Shown one piece after another: positions 37,958 through 40,321 of a stretch of 40,321 nt of DNA. Every line of letters begins with the position of its first letter. Position 1 is the stretch's first letter. Below the pieces are notes generated by a model. The model searched no databases and had not been told where the DNA came from. It worked only from the letters and a program-made list of their open reading frames with translations. The position numbers were made by a program, and so were the translations under genes. The DNA comes from a virus (taxonomy: Duplodnaviria; Caudoviricetes): positions 1 through 40,321 of IMG/VR virus record IMGVR_UViG_3300032225_000849; one strand, 5' to 3'.

Positions 37958-37999
37958 GTGCCCCGCTGAGTTATGAACTCGTAGCCTGTAGCGCGGGGC
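37958..37999 (-). ncRNA. tRNA-like three-way-junction element, copy 3
   Basis: GCCCCGC-GCTACAGGC-TAC-GAGTTCATAACTC-A-GCGGGGC-AC. Confidence 0.68.
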
Positions 38000-38010
38000 T
38001 GTCTTATGTC

Positions 38011-38178
38011 TTAAGACTGAACTCTCCAGTCTTCCCAGTTATAGCGCGAACCTTGCGGTGTCGTCTCTCGGATTAAAGTTACCCCGCAAAAGCATTTTGC
38101 GCTGACCATTGTGTAATCGTCTGCCTCTCGGCGGATAAGTACTGTCTCGGTTCCCCGAGCCTCGTGCTTGTGGTTCAT
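38011..38178 (-). CDS. Small hypothetical protein (55 aa)
   Basis: Hand translation MNHKHEARG...KCFCG; GACAGGAGA RBS. Confidence 0.6.
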   Translation of the reverse strand: MNHKHEARGTETVLIRREADDYTMVSAKCFCGVTLIRETTPQGSRYNWEDWRVQS

Positions 38179-38225
38179 TTTATCTCCTGTCTTAAGTCAC
38201 AAGGTGAGACTCTCTCACCTTGCTA

Positions 38226-38272
38226 GTGCCCCCGTCAGTCGTGAACTGGCGCCGACTTAATCGGGCGGGGGC
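38226..38272 (-). ncRNA. tRNA-like three-way-junction element, copy 4
   Basis: GCCCCCG-C-CCGATTAAGTCGG-CGC-CAGTTCACGACTG-A-CGGGGGC-AC. Confidence 0.7.
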
Positions 38273-38279
38273 GGGAGGC

Positions 38280-38921
38280 TTACGCCTCGGCGAACTTAGA
38301 CCCGCACTCTTGGCACTCTACGCCACTTTCAAGCACGCTCTTACTTGTGCGGATGATATTCTCGCAGTCACAAGTGGCCTTGATTAGGTTGGTATTTCGG
38401 CTCTTAGGCTTGGCCTTATCTTGTGAAATCGCGGTAATTTCAAGGGCTGACTCAATTACTTTAAGCGCCTTAGACCAGCGTTTAACGCCGAATTCGGTAA
38501 TTTCAGTCCATGCGTGCCCCTTGCCCTTAACTTCCACTGTCTTAAGACCGAGAGACTCGGCGCGAGTCTTGAATTTCGCGTTATGGTACTGGTTGGCTGA
38601 GCAGTCCTTAATTCCCTCGGCGTAATTGAGAGAATGAGCGACTTCGTGCAATAACACGCCGAGCACGAATTCCGCGCCCTTGGCCAGAATTTCGGCGGTG
38701 AAGGCGATTTCGTTAAATCCTTCGCCGTTTACCTGCCAAGGCTGGTAATGCGTAAAGTGTGCAAGTTTACCTTTCATGTCGCGAGTGACGAGGATAGTCG
38801 CACGAGGCGCGCCTGTCTCGGTCTTAATCAATTCGTGCGCCTGCTCAAGCGCCTTAGTGATAGTGCTAAGCGCCTCGGTCTTGCTGGTCTTGCTGGTCTT
38901 GCCTGCTTGTGCTTGTGCCAT
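38280..38921 (-). CDS. SprT-like zinc metalloprotease
   Basis: LLHEVAH, YHNAKF, C-terminal CxC...CxxCG. Confidence 0.8.
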   Translation of the reverse strand: MAQAQAGKTSKTSKTEALSTITKALEQAHELIKTETGAPRATILVTRDMKGKLAHFTHYQPWQVNGEGFNEIAFTAEILAKGAEFVLGVLLHEVAHSLNYAEGIKDCSANQYHNAKFKTRAESLGLKTVEVKGKGHAWTEITEFGVKRWSKALKVIESALEITAISQDKAKPKSRNTNLIKATCDCENIIRTSKSVLESGVECQECGSKFAEA

Positions 38922-38971
38922 TTTTTTATTCTCCTGTCTCGTTAAGCCCTTGTGACTTAAGCGATAAGCAG

Positions 38972-39000
38972 AAGGTACAAGCGCGAGAATTTAAAGTCAA
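38972..39000 (-). promoter_or_regulatory. Housekeeping-sigma early promoter
   Basis: TTGACT-17 nt-TACCTT upstream of the first early gene. Confidence 0.75.
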
Positions 39001-39020
39001 GAATTTCGCAACGCTTGCAA

Positions 39021-39060
39021 GATGAACAATAGGTAAACAGTTCCTGAGAGTCGGCTGTGA
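39021..39060 (-). promoter_or_regulatory. Two pairs of 11-bp-spaced direct repeats (OmpR/PhoB-family type)
   Basis: - strand TCACAG-N5-TCTCAG then GTTTACC-N4-GTTCATC. Confidence 0.5.
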
Positions 39061-39185
39061 GCCTTATGCCTTAGCCGTCTTGCATAGTGAGACACGCACG
39101 CAAGCAAGCGCGCTCACTTCCCCCGATGCCCCCCGCGTATTAGGGCGCGCTTTCTAGTAGTCGCCGCTCCTTGTGCCAGTCGCCA

Positions 39186-39213
39186 GCAAGCCAAGCAAGC
39201 CAAGCAAGCAAGC
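39186..39213 (+). repeat. CAAG(C) microsatellite-like tandem repeat
   Basis: GCAAGCCAAGCAAGCCAAGCAAGCAAGC; shorter GCAAGCAAGC near 39100. Confidence 0.7.
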
Positions 39214-39593
39214 GGGGCAAGCACTTAAGACATAACTGTATTTAGGGGAGCGAACGACAGGGAGCGAACCCAGGGTTTTTAAATATGCGTGCGTAGTGCT
39301 ATATATGTATACACCCACATAACTTTGATAGGGGTCGTTATGCCTCTGAGCAGGACTTTTAATACAGTGGCGTAAGTAACAAAAAATATATTGCTTTTGA
39401 GTGTCCAATTAGGTGGCTTTGGACACCTAATACTATAGTGTAGGGGCGTAAGCATTGGAGCCCCTGTTACATAGCAAGGGAGCCCAAAGGCTCCCCCTAT
39501 AGTATGCCCTAACCTACGGCTTCCGCCTTGGGGCTACAGCCTACGGTTAGGAAAGGATAAACTGCGAATCTAACATATAGCGGATTCGCTACT

Positions 39594-40321
39594 ATGCCTA
39601 TGGAAAAGAAAAAGACTGCGGCATCGCATAATTCCGATGCCATTAAAAAACAAATAATAGAATTCCTTATGGAAGGCTACTCTGTCCAAAAGGCGATGGA
39701 TGCCGTTGGTCGGTCGGTCAAGACCTACGAGTACTACCGTAAGACAGATGAGACATTTCGTACCCAGATAGACAAAGTGCGGTCTATGACCGCCAGAGGC
39801 GAACTACAGACTGGAACCGTTGAGGTACCTCCGTTCCCTGAGTTCTCATCTAAGTATCTAGGGGTAGAAGTCTTTACCCATCAAAAGCATTGGATAGATT
39901 TATTGGAGGGTACACCACCCTCCGATGTGCACCCCAGTATAATATATGAGCCTGGCGACCCTGACTTACTTATCGTCAATACGCCACCAGAGCACGCCAA
40001 GTCTACGACCATTACGGTCAACTACGCGCTCTATCAGATTTGCCGTAACCCTAATATCAGAATCCTGATTGTGTCCAAGACACAGGCTATGGCGCAAAAG
40101 TTCCTGCTCTCCATTAAGAACAGACTCACCCATCCTCGTTATCAGGATTTACACCTCGCCTTTGGACCTCCAGGCGGATTTGAAAAGAATTCTGATTCAT
40201 GGAAGCAGGACCTAATTTACCTATCCTCCGAAGCCCGTAACTCAGGCGAGAAGGACCCTACCGTACAAGCCATTGGTATCCGTGGCCATATCTACGGTGC
40301 TCGTGCTGACCTCATCATCAT
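39594..40321 (+). CDS. terL: Terminase large subunit, N-terminal part (HTH-like domain + ATPase)
   Basis: Hand translation open from ATG 39594; Walker A variant PPEHAKST; joins in frame to the ATG at 72, giving ~621 aa. Confidence 0.9.
   Translation, partial: MPMEKKKTAASHNSDAIKKQIIEFLMEGYSVQKAMDAVGRSVKTYEYYRKTDETFRTQIDKVRSMTARGELQTGTVEVPPFPEFSSKYLGVEVFTHQKHWIDLLEGTPPSDVHPSIIYEPGDPDLLIVNTPPEHAKSTTITVNYALYQICRNPNIRILIVSKTQAMAQKFLLSIKNRLTHPRYQDLHLAFGPPGGFEKNSDSWKQDLIYLSSEARNSGEKDPTVQAIGIRGHIYGARADLII
40249..40321. repeat. Terminal direct repeat (circular assembly overlap), copy 2
   Basis: Matches 1-73. Confidence 0.97.

Noticed and set aside
35834-38272. Canonical tRNA genes
   Set aside because: Elements are 42-49 nt with no anticodon arm; reported as tRNA-like only
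38191-38961. 14-bp inverted repeat CTTAAGTCACAAGG flanking the sprT-like gene as an invertible or mobile unit
   Set aside because: No recombinase or transposase; explained by the recurring motif and leader hairpins
33900-39300. CRISPR array formed by the TTAAGAC repeats
   Set aside because: Repeats are only 7-14 bp, irregularly spaced and often inside genes; the Cas4-like nuclease is an ordinary phage exonuclease
39154-39408. 84-aa - strand ORF
   Set aside because: No RBS, runs through tandem repeats in the probable terminus region

Overview
A complete, circularly permuted ~40.25 kb tailed phage genome. Bases 1-73 repeat at 40249-40321 and split the terminase gene. The host is very likely an actinobacterium (WhiB, actinobacterial-type operator motifs). 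The architecture is podovirus-like (large putative ejection proteins, no tape-measure or tail tube recognised) and the gene content resembles freshwater actinophages. Layout: late/structural and lysis genes on + (39594 round to 26324), a small - cluster (26348-27214), a replication module on + with no recognisable DNA polymerase (27322-33550), a - strand early region of small genes (33665-38921), and a non-coding probable terminus region (39000-39590). The most striking signals are: (1) four covarying copies of a 42-49 nt tRNA-like three-way-junction RNA between early genes; (2) a dense set of apparent host transcription-factor operators (5 perfect CRP boxes plus FtsR-, McdR-, WhiA- and PhoP-like sites); (3) a strongly over-represented TTAAGAC/GTCTTAA motif; (4) an A-B-C-A'-B'-C' array of six paralogous tail-tip genes; (5) apparent absence of five 4-bp palindromes. 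All calls come from reading the sequence by eye; no database searches were run.
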